This document shows positions 10,817 through 22,428 of a stretch of DNA of 64,000 nucleotides, piece by piece. The DNA comes from Prochlorococcus sp. AG-355-B18. Its GTDB lineage: Bacteria; Cyanobacteriota; Cyanobacteriia; PCC-6307; Cyanobiaceae. The notes below the pieces were generated by a model. It was not told where the DNA came from. It ran no database searches and was given only the letters and a program-made list of their open reading frames with translations. Within the stretch, counting starts at the first letter, position 1; each line of letters opens with the position of its first letter. A program made the translations under genes and the position numbers. The DNA lies in NCBI GenBank assembly GCA_003280965.1, contig QCDI01000006.1:59545-123544 (forward strand). The letters run 5' to 3'.

Positions 10817-12013
10817 TCAGCAAGCAATAGCAATTAACTTTTCAATCACATCTGCAACAACTTTGTCAGGAGTAGATGCGCCAGAAGTAATTCCAACATT
10901 AATATTTCCACTAGGTAAAAAATTATTTTTAAGTTCTAAATCTGATCCTAGTGGTTTATGCAATATTGAGTTTTCTTCAACTGATATCCTCTCAGGAGTA
11001 TCTATGTGAAAAGAAGAAATATTCTTAGTAATGGCTATTTCCTGTAAATGTGTAGTATTAGATGAATTGAAACCTCCTATAACAACAAGAATGTCAAGTT
11101 CTTCATCAACCAAAGAAAACATAGCATCTTGTCTTTCTTCCGTAGCATCACAAATTGTATTAAAAGCTAAAAAGTGACTATTTATGTTTTCTGGTCCAAA
11201 TTTTTTTAACATTGTTTTTTCAAAAACTTTTCCAATTTCCTCGGTCTCACTTTTAAGCATAGTTGTCTGGTTAGCAACTCCGACTCTATCTAAATCTTTA
11301 TCAGGATCAAATCCAGTAGAAAAAGCTTTAGCAAATTTATTCATAAATTCATTTCTGTTTCCTCTACCCAGAATATATTCAGATACATAATTTGCTTCTT
11401 CTAGATCTAGCACCACTAAATATTTGCCTGCAAATGAGCTAGTAGCTAGAGTCTCTTCATGCTTAAATTTTCCATGAATGATAGATGTAAAAACATGTTT
11501 TTTATGTTTCTCAACAGTATGCCAAACCTTAGAAACCCAAGGGCAAGTTGTATCTATTATGTGACATCCTTTCTCATGAAGTAGTTTCATTTCTTGAACA
11601 GTGGCACCGAAAGCAGGCAATATAACTACGTCACCATCAGAGACTGACGAAAAATCTTTAATTCCATTTTTGGCTGAAATAAATTTAACATCCATTTTCC
11701 TTAAATGATCATTTACTGAGGGATTATGAATTATTTCGTTTGTTATCCAAATATTCTCATTAGGATAATGTCTTCTAGTCTCATAAGCCATTGCCACAGC
11801 TCTTTCGACGCCCCAACAAAAACCAAAAGCTTTAGCTAACTTTATATTTAATCTACCTTTTGTATAATTAAAACCATTATCTCTTATTGAGGATATCAAA
11901 TCACTTTGGTAAGCTTCTTCTAACGCTTGTGCTCTTTTTGTTGGAGAATCGAAACCCCTTCTATTGTATCTATCAGAATGATGAAGGGATCTTCTAAAAG
12001 CTTGAGTATCCAT
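10817..12013 (-). CDS. ispH: 4-hydroxy-3-methylbut-2-enyl diphosphate reductase
   Basis: [32 protein letters not shown]. Confidence 0.96.
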   Translation of the reverse strand: MDTQAFRRSLHHSDRYNRRGFDSPTKRAQALEEAYQSDLISSIRDNGFNYTKGRLNIKLAKAFGFCWGVERAVAMAYETRRHYPNENIWITNEIIHNPSVNDHLRKMDVKFISAKNGIKDFSSVSDGDVVILPAFGATVQEMKLLHEKGCHIIDTTCPWVSKVWHTVEKHKKHVFTSIIHGKFKHEETLATSSFAGKYLVVLDLEEANYVSEYILGRGNRNEFMNKFAKAFSTGFDPDKDLDRVGVANQTTMLKSETEEIGKVFEKTMLKKFGPENINSHFLAFNTICDATEERQDAMFSLVDEELDILVVIGGFNSSNTTHLQEIAITKNISSFHIDTPERISVEENSILHKPLGSDLELKNNFLPSGNINVGITSGASTPDKVVADVIEKLIAIAC

Positions 12014-12049
12014 GTTTTAGATATTACAACATTCTAAACAATTTTTTGT

Positions 12050-12083
12050 AAAAAAAAAGAAACCTGACATAAGTCAGGTTTCT
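12050..12083 (-). terminator. Intrinsic terminator of amt1
   Basis: AGAAACCTGAC-ATAA-GTCAGGTTTCT hairpin followed on the minus strand by a U-run, 20 nt after the amt stop. Confidence 0.8.
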
Positions 12084-12103
12084 AAAATCAATTTTAAGTT
12101 AGA

Positions 12104-13564
12104 TTATTTAGCAGATGCAAAGTCAGGATATGCTTCCATTCCATGCTCTCCTATATCTAGGCCTTGAGTCTCTTCCTCTTCAGATACTCGGATTCCTCCA
12201 AATAATCCTCCAATTACGGACCAAGCGATCCAGCAAGTAACTAGTGTCCAGATAGCATAAGCTGCGGCACCAAGAGCTTGAACAAATAGAAGAGTAATAC
12301 CTCCACCATTGAACAATCCCATACCTGCTCCATCTCCTTGTACAGCTGTACCCCAAAGACCAATAACTACAGTACCCCATACACCACAAACTCCGTGAAC
12401 AGAGAATGCGCCTACAGGATCATCGATCTCAGCAGCATCAAGTGCTGCAACAGAAAATACAACAATTACTCCTCCAACTAGTCCTGCGAACCAGGCTCCA
12501 GCAAGAGTCATGTCACCACAACCGGCAGTGATACTAACCAAACCAGCAAGGATTCCGTTAATAATCATTGTAAGATCAGGTTTACCAGAGGTTAATGTTG
12601 AAACAACAGTTGCTCCTATAGCGCCAGCTGCGGCTGCCAAAGTAGTTGTTACAGCAACATATGGAACCCATTGATCCATAGCAAGTTGAGAACCAGGGTT
12701 AAATCCATACCAACCTATCCATAGAACTAATGCACCTAAAGTAGCTATAGCCATATTGTGTCCTGGCATAGCCTGAGGTTTTCCATCAGAGTATTTGCCA
12801 ATTCTTGGTCCAAGAAGCATAGCTCCTACAAGACCTGCCCATGCTCCAACTGAGTGAACGATTGAAGAACCTGCAAAATCAACAAAACCTAACGAATCAA
12901 GCCAACCACCATTCCATTTCCAGCTACCAGCAATTGGATAAATAAATGCAGTTAATACAATCGCAAAAACAACAAATTCTCCAAATTTAACTCTTTCAGC
13001 AACAAGACCGGAAACGATAGTTGCCGCAGTTCCTGCAAATGCAGACTGGAACAAGAAATCAACAGTTGGGACTAATCCAGCATCAGTAACCATATCTGCG
13101 GTAACTGTTGGATCAAAAAATAAGCCGCCAAAATAAAGCCATCCGTCAGCAACACTTCCTCCGTACATTAATGAATAGCCGATAAACCAATAAGAAGTTA
13201 CAGCTAGAGCAAATACAAAGAGGTTTTTAGCAAGGATGTTAACAGCGTTCTTAGAACGGCACATTCCTGCCTCAACCATAGCGAAACCAGCGTTCATGAA
13301 GATCACTAAGATAGTAGCGATCAAAAGCCATAAATTGTTAGCAAGAAAAGCTGCATTCAACTCAGGTAAATCAGCTGCATGAGCTGAAAGATTGAAAATA
13401 CCTAAACCAAACAAAGCTAGGGGAACAGTTGCAAGCCACAACATAGAGCGGTTTGAACTAAATCCTCGAATACTCCTCAAAAGGAGCATAGGTCCATTTA
13501 CAAGACTTGCATCTTGAAGTTTGGACCTAGAGCGCCTTTGAGGCGTTTGCAAAGCAGTGGTCAT
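12104..13564 (-). CDS. amt1: Ammonium transporter
   Basis: FMNAGFAMVEAG, DFAGSSIVH, GWYGFNPGS, DDPVGAFSVHG. Confidence 0.97.
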   Translation of the reverse strand: MTTALQTPQRRSRSKLQDASLVNGPMLLLRSIRGFSSNRSMLWLATVPLALFGLGIFNLSAHAADLPELNAAFLANNLWLLIATILVIFMNAGFAMVEAGMCRSKNAVNILAKNLFVFALAVTSYWFIGYSLMYGGSVADGWLYFGGLFFDPTVTADMVTDAGLVPTVDFLFQSAFAGTAATIVSGLVAERVKFGEFVVFAIVLTAFIYPIAGSWKWNGGWLDSLGFVDFAGSSIVHSVGAWAGLVGAMLLGPRIGKYSDGKPQAMPGHNMAIATLGALVLWIGWYGFNPGSQLAMDQWVPYVAVTTTLAAAAGAIGATVVSTLTSGKPDLTMIINGILAGLVSITAGCGDMTLAGAWFAGLVGGVIVVFSVAALDAAEIDDPVGAFSVHGVCGVWGTVVIGLWGTAVQGDGAGMGLFNGGGITLLFVQALGAAAYAIWTLVTCWIAWSVIGGLFGGIRVSEEEETQGLDIGEHGMEAYPDFASAK

Positions 13565-13618
13565 AAAAAAAAATTAGATCTGCAAAAAAACAGTTTGTGC
13601 TGTTTCCTTTCAAATTTA

Positions 13619-13661
13619 AATTTATTCAAAAAACTTATCAGTGTCTAGTAGTTGTTTATAC
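13619..13661 (-). promoter_or_regulatory. NtcA-activated promoter of amt1
   Basis: Perfect GTA-N8-TAC at 13648-13661 (GTAGTTGTTTATAC) and minus-strand TAAATT -10 box at 13624-13619, 23 nt downstream. Confidence 0.8.
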
Positions 13662-13738
13662 CAATTTTATAGTTGCACCTTAAAAAATTATTTGTTAATT
13701 TAAAAAATTTTTTCTTTTTAGTAACAAAATAACTAATT

Positions 13739-14485
13739 TCATCGCATTTTCAAAGGTTTAATTCCATTCCATGTTATGTGGTCTTTATGAAAAATGAAGG
13801 AGCAAGGGATAATTATCATACCTGCATTCAAAGATTCTCTAAAAAGCTTGCCATATAAGGGGTCTGCCTCATCTCCAGGAGCAAAAAAATTAGCATCTTC
13901 TCTCGTAATACAGGGTACTAAAACACTTTTACTCCTTGGAATTAGTTCTTTTAATTCTATAAGGTGTTTTTGTCCTCTTTTCGTTACTGTATCTGGGAAA
14001 AGAGCAATATCTTTTGTAATCCATGTAGTGTTTTTTACCTCTATGTAAATGTTACGATTATCAGGATTTGAAGATTTTGGAGTTAAAAAAAAGTCAATTC
14101 TGCTTTTTTTATCCTTTCCATAAGGCACTTCAGATTTAATTATCTCTATTTCTCCAATTTTTTCTCTTAGCAAGTCTTTCTCAATTACCTTTTTAACTAA
14201 CTTATTTGCAAAAAGAGTATTTATTCCAACCCAGACCTCATTGTTGTTTGTACCTAAAACACTTATCTGTTCCAAAGTAAATGGCAATTTTCTTTTCGGA
14301 GAAGGAGAAACACTGATTCTTACTTTTGCTCTCTCGGTTAAAAGTCCCTTCATAGGACCTGTATTAGCGCAATGCGCAGTTACTATCTCTCCACTCTCTA
14401 GTTTAATGTCCGCAAGAAACCTTTTATACCGCTTAATTAAGACCCCTTCAATTAATGGATCAAATTCAATTATCCGCTCATTCAT
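13739..14485 (-). CDS. sfsA: DNA/RNA nuclease SfsA
   Basis: [35 protein letters not shown]. Confidence 0.93.
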   Translation of the reverse strand: MNERIIEFDPLIEGVLIKRYKRFLADIKLESGEIVTAHCANTGPMKGLLTERAKVRISVSPSPKRKLPFTLEQISVLGTNNNEVWVGINTLFANKLVKKVIEKDLLREKIGEIEIIKSEVPYGKDKKSRIDFFLTPKSSNPDNRNIYIEVKNTTWITKDIALFPDTVTKRGQKHLIELKELIPRSKSVLVPCITREDANFFAPGDEADPLYGKLFRESLNAGMIIIPCSFIFHKDHITWNGIKPLKMR

Positions 14486-14533
14486 AAAATATGTCCCTAG
14501 TTAAAAATCAAATATAATTGAAACTCAATCTTC

Positions 14534-16144
14534 TTGAAAAAAATTTTTTTGCTAAACCAAATGCATTCTTTTTTAAAAAATAGTGTTTTTTCAATTTCAT
14601 TTGGTACGAGTCTTAGTAAATTAGCTGGATGTATACGTCAAATATTTATAGCTGCTGCTTTTGGGGTTGGGATAATATATGACGCATTTAATTATGCATA
14701 TATAATTCCAGGGTTTTTGCTCATAATCGTTGGAGGGATTAATGGTCCATTACATAATGCTGTAGTTGCAGTTCTTACCCCTCTTAACAAAAAAAATGGA
14801 GGGATTGTTCTAACTCAAGTAAGCATAAAACTTTCAATAATATTATTAGGTTTTGCTATATTGATTTACTTCAATTCCGGGGTGTTAATTGAATTATTAG
14901 CCCCCAATTTGAGTTACGAAGCCAAATCAATTGCAACTTACCAATTAAAAATACTTACACCTTGCATCCCTTTATCTGGCTTCATAGGTTTGAGCTTTGG
15001 CGCCTTAAATTCCCGTCGTAAATTCTTTTTATCAAGTATAAGCCCAGCCATAACAAGCATAACTACTATTCTTTTTATCTTAATTAGTTGGATTTTTAAC
15101 CAAGAAAATACATTTTCAAATTTCCTAACTTTTACTGGATTACTAGCTTTTGCAACTTTGACAGGGACTTTTATTCAGTTTGTTGTTCAAATTTGGGAAA
15201 TAAATAAAATCGGACTCTTGAGATTAGAGTCACCCTTTAAGTTATTTAAAAATGAAGAGAGGAGGATTTTCAAACTAATCGTCCCAGCATCTATTTCATC
15301 AGGTCTTAGTCAAATCAATGTGTTTATTGATATGTTTTTTGCTTCCAGTTTTCAAGGAGCTGCATCGGGATTAGCTTACGGAAACTTTCTTATACAAGCC
15401 CCATTAGGCATATTATCCAACTCATTAATTTTGCCACTACTCCCTCAATTTTCTAAATTAAGGAGTAAAAAAGATCTTAGAGGACTACAAAAAAACTTAA
15501 TGTCTGGAATTGAATACTGTTTCTTAACAAGTATATTTTTAACTGGATTTTTCATAACTTTTAATAACCAAATTGTACAATTTGTTTTTGAAAGAGGAGC
15601 TTTTGATTATTCAGCAACTTTAAAAGTGAAGAATATATTAATTTCTTATGCAATTGGCATACCTTTTTATCTTTATAGAGATTTATTAGTAAGGACATAT
15701 TACTCAATAGAAAAAACAAAATTCCCTTTTCAGTTGTCATTGGCAGGAATCATTCTTAATGCTTTTTTTGATTGGTTTTTAATTGGTGCACCAATAAAAA
15801 ATTTTGAGAATCTTTCACCATATAATTTTGGTGTTGTTGGAATAATTTTATCTTCAGGAATAGTCAATTTTATAGTTTGTATTTTGCTAGCTCTCAATTT
15901 GCGAAATGAAGATATCCATTTGCCTAACTTGGATTTATTTAAGAAAATCATCCTAATTTCATTAGCATCTTTAATAGATAGCAGAATTTGTTTTACCATT
16001 CTTAAAACTACGAATAAATTAAATTCAAATGTCGAAGAATTTTTATTATTAATATTTGGATCTCTCACTTTTTTTATAATTTATTTTTTACTTACTAAAT
16101 TTTTAAAAGTTAATAAATTTAAAATTTATCAAAAAAAGATTTAG
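14534..16144 (+). CDS. murJ: Lipid II flippase MurJ (MviN); ATG at 14561 is a likely start
   Basis: SKLAG..RQ..IAAAFG, GGINGPLH, FERGAF; many TM segments. Confidence 0.9.
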   Translation: MKKIFLLNQMHSFLKNSVFSISFGTSLSKLAGCIRQIFIAAAFGVGIIYDAFNYAYIIPGFLLIIVGGINGPLHNAVVAVLTPLNKKNGGIVLTQVSIKLSIILLGFAILIYFNSGVLIELLAPNLSYEAKSIATYQLKILTPCIPLSGFIGLSFGALNSRRKFFLSSISPAITSITTILFILISWIFNQENTFSNFLTFTGLLAFATLTGTFIQFVVQIWEINKIGLLRLESPFKLFKNEERRIFKLIVPASISSGLSQINVFIDMFFASSFQGAASGLAYGNFLIQAPLGILSNSLILPLLPQFSKLRSKKDLRGLQKNLMSGIEYCFLTSIFLTGFFITFNNQIVQFVFERGAFDYSATLKVKNILISYAIGIPFYLYRDLLVRTYYSIEKTKFPFQLSLAGIILNAFFDWFLIGAPIKNFENLSPYNFGVVGIILSSGIVNFIVCILLALNLRNEDIHLPNLDLFKKIILISLASLIDSRICFTILKTTNKLNSNVEEFLLLIFGSLTFFIIYFLLTKFLKVNKFKIYQKKI

Positions 16145-16431
16145 TTATCAAAAAAACTATCCAATATCTCCTCTAATTCAAGAATTTGTGATGAAGTGAT
16201 TAAATTAATAAGCGGAATATTGTTAATTCCATCCCCTACTTTTACATTAATTGCTTGCAAACTTATTTTTGCAGCCTCCAATGGGCCTTGGTCTTTATTG
16301 CTTAGACATTCAATAGCAAGATTCCTAGCGAGACCTGCATCTCCTAGATATAAATTCCACTTTTCTATCTTTATAAAGACCTTTTCTGAAATAATATTTG
16401 CTAGATCACTTATTAGTATCTGAGAGTTCAT
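16141..16431 (-). CDS. Conserved cyanobacterial protein (DUF3181-like)
   Basis: KWNLYLGDAGLA motif; fits the spacer. Confidence 0.7.
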   Translation of the reverse strand: MNSQILISDLANIISEKVFIKIEKWNLYLGDAGLARNLAIECLSNKDQGPLEAAKISLQAINVKVGDGINNIPLINLITSSQILELEEILDSFFDN

Positions 16432-16445
16432 AAATAAAAACTGAT

Positions 16446-16697
16446 TTAAGTTGATTGTTTTTCTAAATCTTTAGGTTTTTTTATGATTAAAAAAAGTAGA
16501 TGGGACGCTAAAAGAATTGACCAGATTATTGCAAAATTGTTAAAAAAAGCGATTTCATACTTGATTTCTTTTAAGAGGTAAGTACCACTTACAACTGCAG
16601 TAAATATCATGCAGTGAATCACAAAATTCACTATGCGAGAAAAATGTTTGTAGGTAGGATCTTCTAAATCACCATTTCCGTACCACTTTATAGGCAT
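16446..16697 (-). CDS. Small two-TM conserved hypothetical protein
   Basis: MPIKWY..DPTYKHFSRIVNF, two hydrophobic segments. Confidence 0.7.
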   Translation of the reverse strand: MPIKWYGNGDLEDPTYKHFSRIVNFVIHCMIFTAVVSGTYLLKEIKYEIAFFNNFAIIWSILLASHLLFLIIKKPKDLEKQST

Positions 16698-16787
16698 ATT
16701 TAATGAAAATAAGATTGTTAATATTAGATATTTTACCCGAAATCTAGTTGACTAAGAGACCCTGAAACAGAGATATTACATAATTAT

Positions 16788-16861
16788 GCGCCTGTAGCTC
16801 AGTGGATTAGAGCACCTGACTACGGATCAGGGTGTCGGGAGTTCGAATCTCTCCAGGCGCG
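16788..16861 (+). tRNA. tRNA-Arg(ACG)
   Basis: GCGCCTG...CCTGA-CTACGGA-TCAGG...GTTCGAATC...CAGGCGC+G cloverleaf. Confidence 0.96.
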
Positions 16862-16938
16862 TTTAAGATTATGAAACATTCTTTTTATATTTTTCTAAAA
16901 AATATCGTTTATATTGTGGTTATTGCTTTTCAAATTCA

Positions 16939-18210
16939 ATGCATATTCTTCAAAACCTTAAAGAAAGTGACTCAGTAATATTAAGTTTAATTAATTCTGA
17001 AAAAAATAGACAAGAAACACACCTTGAGTTAATAGCTAGTGAAAATTTCGCATCAATGGCTGTTATGCAAGCTCAAGGATCAGTTCTGACAAATAAGTAT
17101 GCGGAAGGATTACCTCAAAAAAGATATTACGGTGGGTGCGAATTTGTTGATGAAATCGAAGAATTAGCTATTCAAAGAGCAAAAAAATTATTCAATGCAA
17201 ACTGGGCTAATGTTCAACCTCATAGTGGAGCGCAAGCTAATGCTGCCGTTTTTCTAAGTCTACTCAAACCTGGCGACACAATAATGGGAATGGATTTATC
17301 TCATGGTGGGCACCTTACACATGGATCTCCAGTAAATATGAGCGGAAAATGGTTTAATGCAGTTCATTATGGTGTAAATAAAGAAACTAACCAGTTAGAT
17401 TTTGATGAAGTAAGAAAAATAGCATTAGAAACAAAACCAAAATTAATCATATGTGGATATTCTGCTTATCCAAGAACAATTGACTTTGAAGCATTTAGAA
17501 ATATTGCTGATGAAGTTGGTGCATATTTAATGGCGGATATCGCACACATTGCAGGACTCGTAGCAAGTAAGCTCCACCCAAATCCAATACCTTTCTGTGA
17601 TGTAGTAACTACAACTACGCATAAGACTTTGAGAGGACCAAGAGGGGGCCTCATTTTATGTAAAGATGCAGAATTTGGAAAGAAATTTGATAAATCTGTC
17701 TTTCCAGGAACTCAGGGTGGTCCTCTAGAACATATTATTGCAGCTAAAGCGGTTGCATTTGGAGAAGCTTTACATCCCGATTTCGTTAATTATTCACAAC
17801 AAGTAATAAAAAATGCAAAAGTTCTGGCTTCGACATTAATATCCAAGGGTATTGATATTGTTAGTGGAGGAACTGATAATCATATTGTTTTACTCGATTT
17901 AAGAAGCATTAATATGACTGGAAAGATTGCTGACTTGCTCGTGAGTGAAGTGAATATAACTGCTAATAAAAATACTGTCCCATTTGATCCCGAATCACCT
18001 TTTGTAACCAGTGGATTAAGATTAGGTACTGCTGCTTTAACTACCAGAGGCTTTGATGAAAATGCTTTTGCTGAAGTAGGCGAAATCATTGCTGATAGAT
18101 TGCTAAATCCAGATGACTCGTTAATAGAAAATAAATGCAAAGAAAGAGTTTTAGCTTTGTGTAATAGGTTTCCACTTTATGAAAACAAACTTGAACCATC
18201 AATTAAGTGA
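16939..18210 (+). CDS. glyA: Serine hydroxymethyltransferase
   Basis: [22 protein letters not shown]. Confidence 0.98.
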   Translation: MHILQNLKESDSVILSLINSEKNRQETHLELIASENFASMAVMQAQGSVLTNKYAEGLPQKRYYGGCEFVDEIEELAIQRAKKLFNANWANVQPHSGAQANAAVFLSLLKPGDTIMGMDLSHGGHLTHGSPVNMSGKWFNAVHYGVNKETNQLDFDEVRKIALETKPKLIICGYSAYPRTIDFEAFRNIADEVGAYLMADIAHIAGLVASKLHPNPIPFCDVVTTTTHKTLRGPRGGLILCKDAEFGKKFDKSVFPGTQGGPLEHIIAAKAVAFGEALHPDFVNYSQQVIKNAKVLASTLISKGIDIVSGGTDNHIVLLDLRSINMTGKIADLLVSEVNITANKNTVPFDPESPFVTSGLRLGTAALTTRGFDENAFAEVGEIIADRLLNPDDSLIENKCKERVLALCNRFPLYENKLEPSIK

Positions 18211-19480
18211 TCCTAATCCCAAGGGAGTTGAAATTCTATCTATTGGAACAGAATTACTTTTAGGAAATATTGTAAATACGAATGCTAGATGGATTTCGGA
18301 AGAATTATCTAAATTAGGCTTAAATCACTTTAGACAGTCAACAGTAGGGGATAATTTTGTTCGAATCATAAGAATAATTCAGGAAATATCCAAAAGAAGT
18401 TGTCTTCTTATTACAACAGGTGGATTAGGCCCCACTCCAGATGACTTAACTAATGAAGCAATTGCTAAGTCTTTCAATGCAACTCTTTTTGAAAGACCTT
18501 ACTTATGGAGTGAATTAAAACAAAAGCTTTCAAATTCAAAGCTGCAGGACAATTCCTCTAGCTTACGGAAACAATGCTTCTTCCCAAAAAATGCGCAAAT
18601 AATTAATAACCCTAGGGGTACTGCCCCAGGAATGATTTGGGAACCAGTAAAAGGATTTACTATTCTTACTTTCCCCGGTGTCCCGAGTGAAATGAAAGCT
18701 ATGTGGGAGGAGACTGCATTAGGATTTATTAAAAATAAATTCTCAGATAGTTCTTCATTCTTTTCAAATACTCTTAAATTCACAGGTATTGGAGAATCTA
18801 GTATTGCAGAAAAAATTAACGATCTTTTAACTCTCAAAAACCCCACTGTCGCTCCATATGCAAACTTGGGAGAGGTTAAGCTCAGAATCACTGCTAGAGC
18901 TAAGAATGAAGTAGAAGCAAAGAAAATAATTAAACCTATAAAAGAAAAATTAAAAAAAGAGTTTTCAAAATTTATTTTTGGAGAAAATCAGGATACTCTT
19001 CCTAGCGTTTTAATACATGAATTAGCAAAGAGAAACGAAACTATTGTTTTTGCCGAATCCTGTACAGGAGGCTTACTATCTTCATCAATTACGTCAATAT
19101 CAGGATCATCTCAAGTTTTTCAAGGAAGTATTGTTTCCTATAGTAATAAGCTAAAAAATTCATTACTAAACATTTCAGAATACAAGCTTAAAAAATATGG
19201 AGCGGTTTCTGAAGAGGTTTGTGAGGCTATGGCAGTTAATGTCAAAGAGAAATTAGGAGCAGATTGGGCAATAGCGATTAGTGGGATTGCTGGCCCTAAC
19301 GGAGGAAGTACAGAAAAACCTGTTGGACTAGTCTATATATCGATTGCAGGACCAAATAATCATCTTACTAATATCAAAAAAATATTTAACTCAACCCGAA
19401 ATAGAATAGAAATTCAAACACTAAGTGTAAATGTGTGTTTGAACAGCCTAAGATTAATCCTATTATCGAATAGTAAGTAA
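18179..19480 (+). CDS. cinA: Competence/damage-inducible protein CinA (MoCF domain + PncC NMN deamidase); start uncertain
   Basis: [39 protein letters not shown]. Confidence 0.93.
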   Translation: MKTNLNHQLSDPNPKGVEILSIGTELLLGNIVNTNARWISEELSKLGLNHFRQSTVGDNFVRIIRIIQEISKRSCLLITTGGLGPTPDDLTNEAIAKSFNATLFERPYLWSELKQKLSNSKLQDNSSSLRKQCFFPKNAQIINNPRGTAPGMIWEPVKGFTILTFPGVPSEMKAMWEETALGFIKNKFSDSSSFFSNTLKFTGIGESSIAEKINDLLTLKNPTVAPYANLGEVKLRITARAKNEVEAKKIIKPIKEKLKKEFSKFIFGENQDTLPSVLIHELAKRNETIVFAESCTGGLLSSSITSISGSSQVFQGSIVSYSNKLKNSLLNISEYKLKKYGAVSEEVCEAMAVNVKEKLGADWAIAISGIAGPNGGSTEKPVGLVYISIAGPNNHLTNIKKIFNSTRNRIEIQTLSVNVCLNSLRLILLSNSK

Positions 19481-19494
19481 TTTTTTTTTACAAA

Positions 19495-20904
19495 TTGAGT
19501 AAAGATACCTTATTTGATAAAGTTTGGGATTTACACAAAGTTTGCAATCTTCCTGGTGGCTCTGATCAAATTTTTATTGGTCTTCATCTCATCCATGAGG
19601 TAACAAGTCCACAAGCATTTGGTGCTTTAAAAGATAAAAATTTAAAAGTAAAATTCCCTAATAGAACTGTCGCTACAGTTGATCATATTGTGCCGACAGA
19701 TAATCAAAGCAGACCTTTCAAAGATAATCTTGCAGAGCAAATGATTGAAACACTAGAAAAAAACTGCTTAAAACATAAAATAAGATTTTTTAATATTGGT
19801 AGTGGAAATCAAGGAATAGTGCATGTAGTAGCTCCAGAATTGGGTCTTACTCAGCCCGGAATGACAATAGCTTGTGGAGATTCTCATACTTCAACTCATG
19901 GAGCTTTTGGGTCAATTGCTTTTGGGATAGGTACAAGTCAAGTAAGAGATGTTCTTGCCACTCAAACCATAGCAATGAATAAATTGAAGGTACGGCAGAT
20001 TTGGTGTGAAAATAAATTATCTCATGGTGTTTATGCAAAAGATTTAGTACTGCATATTATTAACAAACTTGGAGTAAAGGCAGGAGTAGGTTTTGCGTAT
20101 GAATTCGCAGGGCCTGCGATCAATGAATTATCAATGGAAGAAAGGATGACTATATGCAACATGTCTATAGAAGGAGGAGCGAGATGCGGTTACATAAACC
20201 CTGATGAAAAGACTTTTAGTTACATAAAAAATAAATTATGTGCTCCCAAAAATGAGGATTGGGATAAAGCACTCTTATGGTGGAAATCATTAAAAAGCGA
20301 TGAGAATTCTAATTTTGATGATTTAATTAAATTAGATGCTTCAGAAGTAGAACCAACCGTAACTTGGGGAATAACTCCCGGTCAAAGTGTAGGAATAAAT
20401 CAACAAATTCCTGTTTTAGAAAAATTATCTCCAAATGACCAATTTGTTGCCAAAGAGGCTTATGAATATATGGGATTCAAGCCTGGGCAATCAATTAAAA
20501 ATACTCCTGTTGATGTTTGTTTTATAGGCAGTTGCACTAATGGGAGAATCAGTGACTTAAGAGTTGCTGCTAAAGTATTAAAAGATAGAAAAGTATCTAA
20601 AACAGTAAAAGCATTTGTAGTGCCTGGTTCAGAAAAAGTAGCCGCTGAAGCAAAACAAGAAGGTCTTGATAAAATCTTTAAGGAATCTGGATTTCAATGG
20701 AGAGAGCCAGGCTGTTCGATGTGTTTAGCAATGAATTCAGATAAGTTAATAGGTAATCAAGTGAGTGCTAGTTCAAGTAATAGAAATTTCAAAGGTAGGC
20801 AAGGATCACCAACGGGAAGAACACTTCTCATGAGTCCAGCAATGGTTGCTGCCGCTGCGATTAGCGGCAAAGTAAGTGACGTTAGAGAATTTATAAACAA
20901 ATGA
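19495..20904 (+). CDS. leuC: 3-isopropylmalate dehydratase large subunit
   Basis: [38 protein letters not shown]. Confidence 0.97.
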   Translation: MSKDTLFDKVWDLHKVCNLPGGSDQIFIGLHLIHEVTSPQAFGALKDKNLKVKFPNRTVATVDHIVPTDNQSRPFKDNLAEQMIETLEKNCLKHKIRFFNIGSGNQGIVHVVAPELGLTQPGMTIACGDSHTSTHGAFGSIAFGIGTSQVRDVLATQTIAMNKLKVRQIWCENKLSHGVYAKDLVLHIINKLGVKAGVGFAYEFAGPAINELSMEERMTICNMSIEGGARCGYINPDEKTFSYIKNKLCAPKNEDWDKALLWWKSLKSDENSNFDDLIKLDASEVEPTVTWGITPGQSVGINQQIPVLEKLSPNDQFVAKEAYEYMGFKPGQSIKNTPVDVCFIGSCTNGRISDLRVAAKVLKDRKVSKTVKAFVVPGSEKVAAEAKQEGLDKIFKESGFQWREPGCSMCLAMNSDKLIGNQVSASSSNRNFKGRQGSPTGRTLLMSPAMVAAAAISGKVSDVREFINK

Positions 20905-21521
20905 AATCTGAATTTATTCCACCAGCTGGAAAAATTTTACAAATAAGTGGGAAATGCATCTCATTAATTGGTAACGACATTGATACTGATCGAATAATTC
21001 CTGCGCGTTTCTTAAAGTGCATTAATTTTGATGCATTGGGCAATTCTGTTTTTGAAGACGATAGAAAAACTTTAAAGGGGAGGCATCCTTTAGATTTACA
21101 GGAGAACAAAAATGCCTCAATATTAATTGTTAATAGCAATTTTGGATGTGGATCTAGCAGAGAACATGCCCCCCAGGCACTTATGAGGTGGGGTATCAAA
21201 GCAATAATAGGTGAAAGTTTTGCTGAAATTTTTTATAGCAATTGTGTTGCTATTGGAATTCCTTGTTTTACTCTTCCTAAAAAATCAATACAAGATATTC
21301 AAAAATATACTGAAAATAAAAGTTTATTTTTAGAAATTGATCTGAAAAATTGCTTAGCTAAATCAAAAGATTTAAATTTTATTCTTGAGATTAAAGAAAG
21401 TTCAAGAAAAATGTTTTTATCTGGAGAATGGGATGCTACAGCTACATTATTAGAAAATGAGACATTAGTTGAAAGTAAGTCTAAAGAACTACCTTATATA
21501 AAATTTGATTATGACTTCTAA
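20901..21521 (+). CDS. leuD: 3-isopropylmalate dehydratase small subunit
   Basis: [24 protein letters not shown]. Confidence 0.97.
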   Translation: MKSEFIPPAGKILQISGKCISLIGNDIDTDRIIPARFLKCINFDALGNSVFEDDRKTLKGRHPLDLQENKNASILIVNSNFGCGSSREHAPQALMRWGIKAIIGESFAEIFYSNCVAIGIPCFTLPKKSIQDIQKYTENKSLFLEIDLKNCLAKSKDLNFILEIKESSRKMFLSGEWDATATLLENETLVESKSKELPYIKFDYDF

Positions 21522-21597
21522 ATACCTTGCAAGAAAAGAATTGATATCTAAGTGTACTTAATCTTAAAAACTAATAATATTAATAGAGTTTGAAAAT

Positions 21598-21629
21598 ATA
21601 ATTATTAATCCTGATAATTATTAATCCTG
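21598..21629. repeat. Perfect 16-bp tandem duplication ATAATTATTAATCCTG x2 spanning the psbI stop codon
   Basis: 21598-21613 identical to 21614-21629. Confidence 0.9.
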
Positions 21630-21749
21630 CGGACTTTCTAAATCCTTTCTATTAGGTGTCCTAGTTGGATCACTCGCCAAAAATCCGAAAAGAAAGATTC
21701 CAACAAAGAAAAAGACGATTGTGTATACAGAAATTTTTAGGGCAAGCAT
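21621..21749 (-). CDS. psbI: Photosystem II protein I
   Basis: Not in ORF track; [42 protein letters not shown]. Confidence 0.95.
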
Positions 21750-21853
21750 GGGATTACGAGTGCTGACAGATTTATATCCTATTAAATTTATATTTAAATT
21801 ATGGTAAAAGGTTTACTTTTTGTATTTTTGGAAAATTTTGAAATACTTTAGAA

Positions 21854-22006
21854 TTAATCATCATGATCATCCCAAGGATCAGTAAGCTTTGCAGCTTTGG
21901 GACCAAAAGCAGTCCAGAGACCAAATCCTGTTAAAGCTAGGAGTACTGCGAGAATTGATACTGCTACGGAAACTGCAGGATCGGGAGCGGATGATAAAGT
22001 TTGCAT
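21854..22006 (-). CDS. psbN: PsbN (photosystem biogenesis factor)
   Basis: Not in ORF track; ...GFGLWTAFGPKAAKLTDPWDDHDD, divergent from psbH. Confidence 0.95.
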   Translation of the reverse strand: MQTLSSAPDPAVSVAVSILAVLLALTGFGLWTAFGPKAAKLTDPWDDHDD

Positions 22007-22008
22007 CA

Positions 22009-22062
22009 ATTTTGCTAAGTTTGTAAACAATTTATGTATAACTTCTTATACAATAGCGAAAT
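22009..22062. ncRNA. Structured psbN-psbH spacer, candidate psbNH RNA motif
   Basis: Inner stem TGTATAA-CTTC-TTATACA (22035-22052) enclosed by ATTTTGCTA/TAGCGAAAT; position matches the described cyanobacterial psbNH motif; not tested with a covariance model. Confidence 0.45.
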
Positions 22063-22086
22063 AATATTCGATTTTGTGAATTCAAC

Positions 22087-22287
22087 ATGGGTCAAAAAAC
22101 AGCCTTAGGAAGTCTTTTAAAAGCAATTGGTAATTCAGGTCAAGGAAAAGTTGTACCTGGTTGGGGAGCAGTGCCTGTGATGACGGTCATTGGACTTCTG
22201 CTTCTGGTTTTCTTAGTTATTCTTCTACAAATTTATAACCAATCACTACTTTTACAAGGTTTCTCAGTAGATTGGAACGGAAACTAA
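22087..22287 (+). CDS. psbH: Photosystem II protein H
   Basis: [23 protein letters not shown]. Confidence 0.95.
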
Positions 22288-22428
22288 GTTTCTGAAAAAA
22301 CCTCAATAAGTTATTTTTTTCGTCATGATATTTCCAAAAATACTTATTGAGATTTTGATTTAATTTACATAGTTATATTTTATTTGTATATTTATAATTC
22401 TCAATGAAAAGAGATTTAGAAATACATT

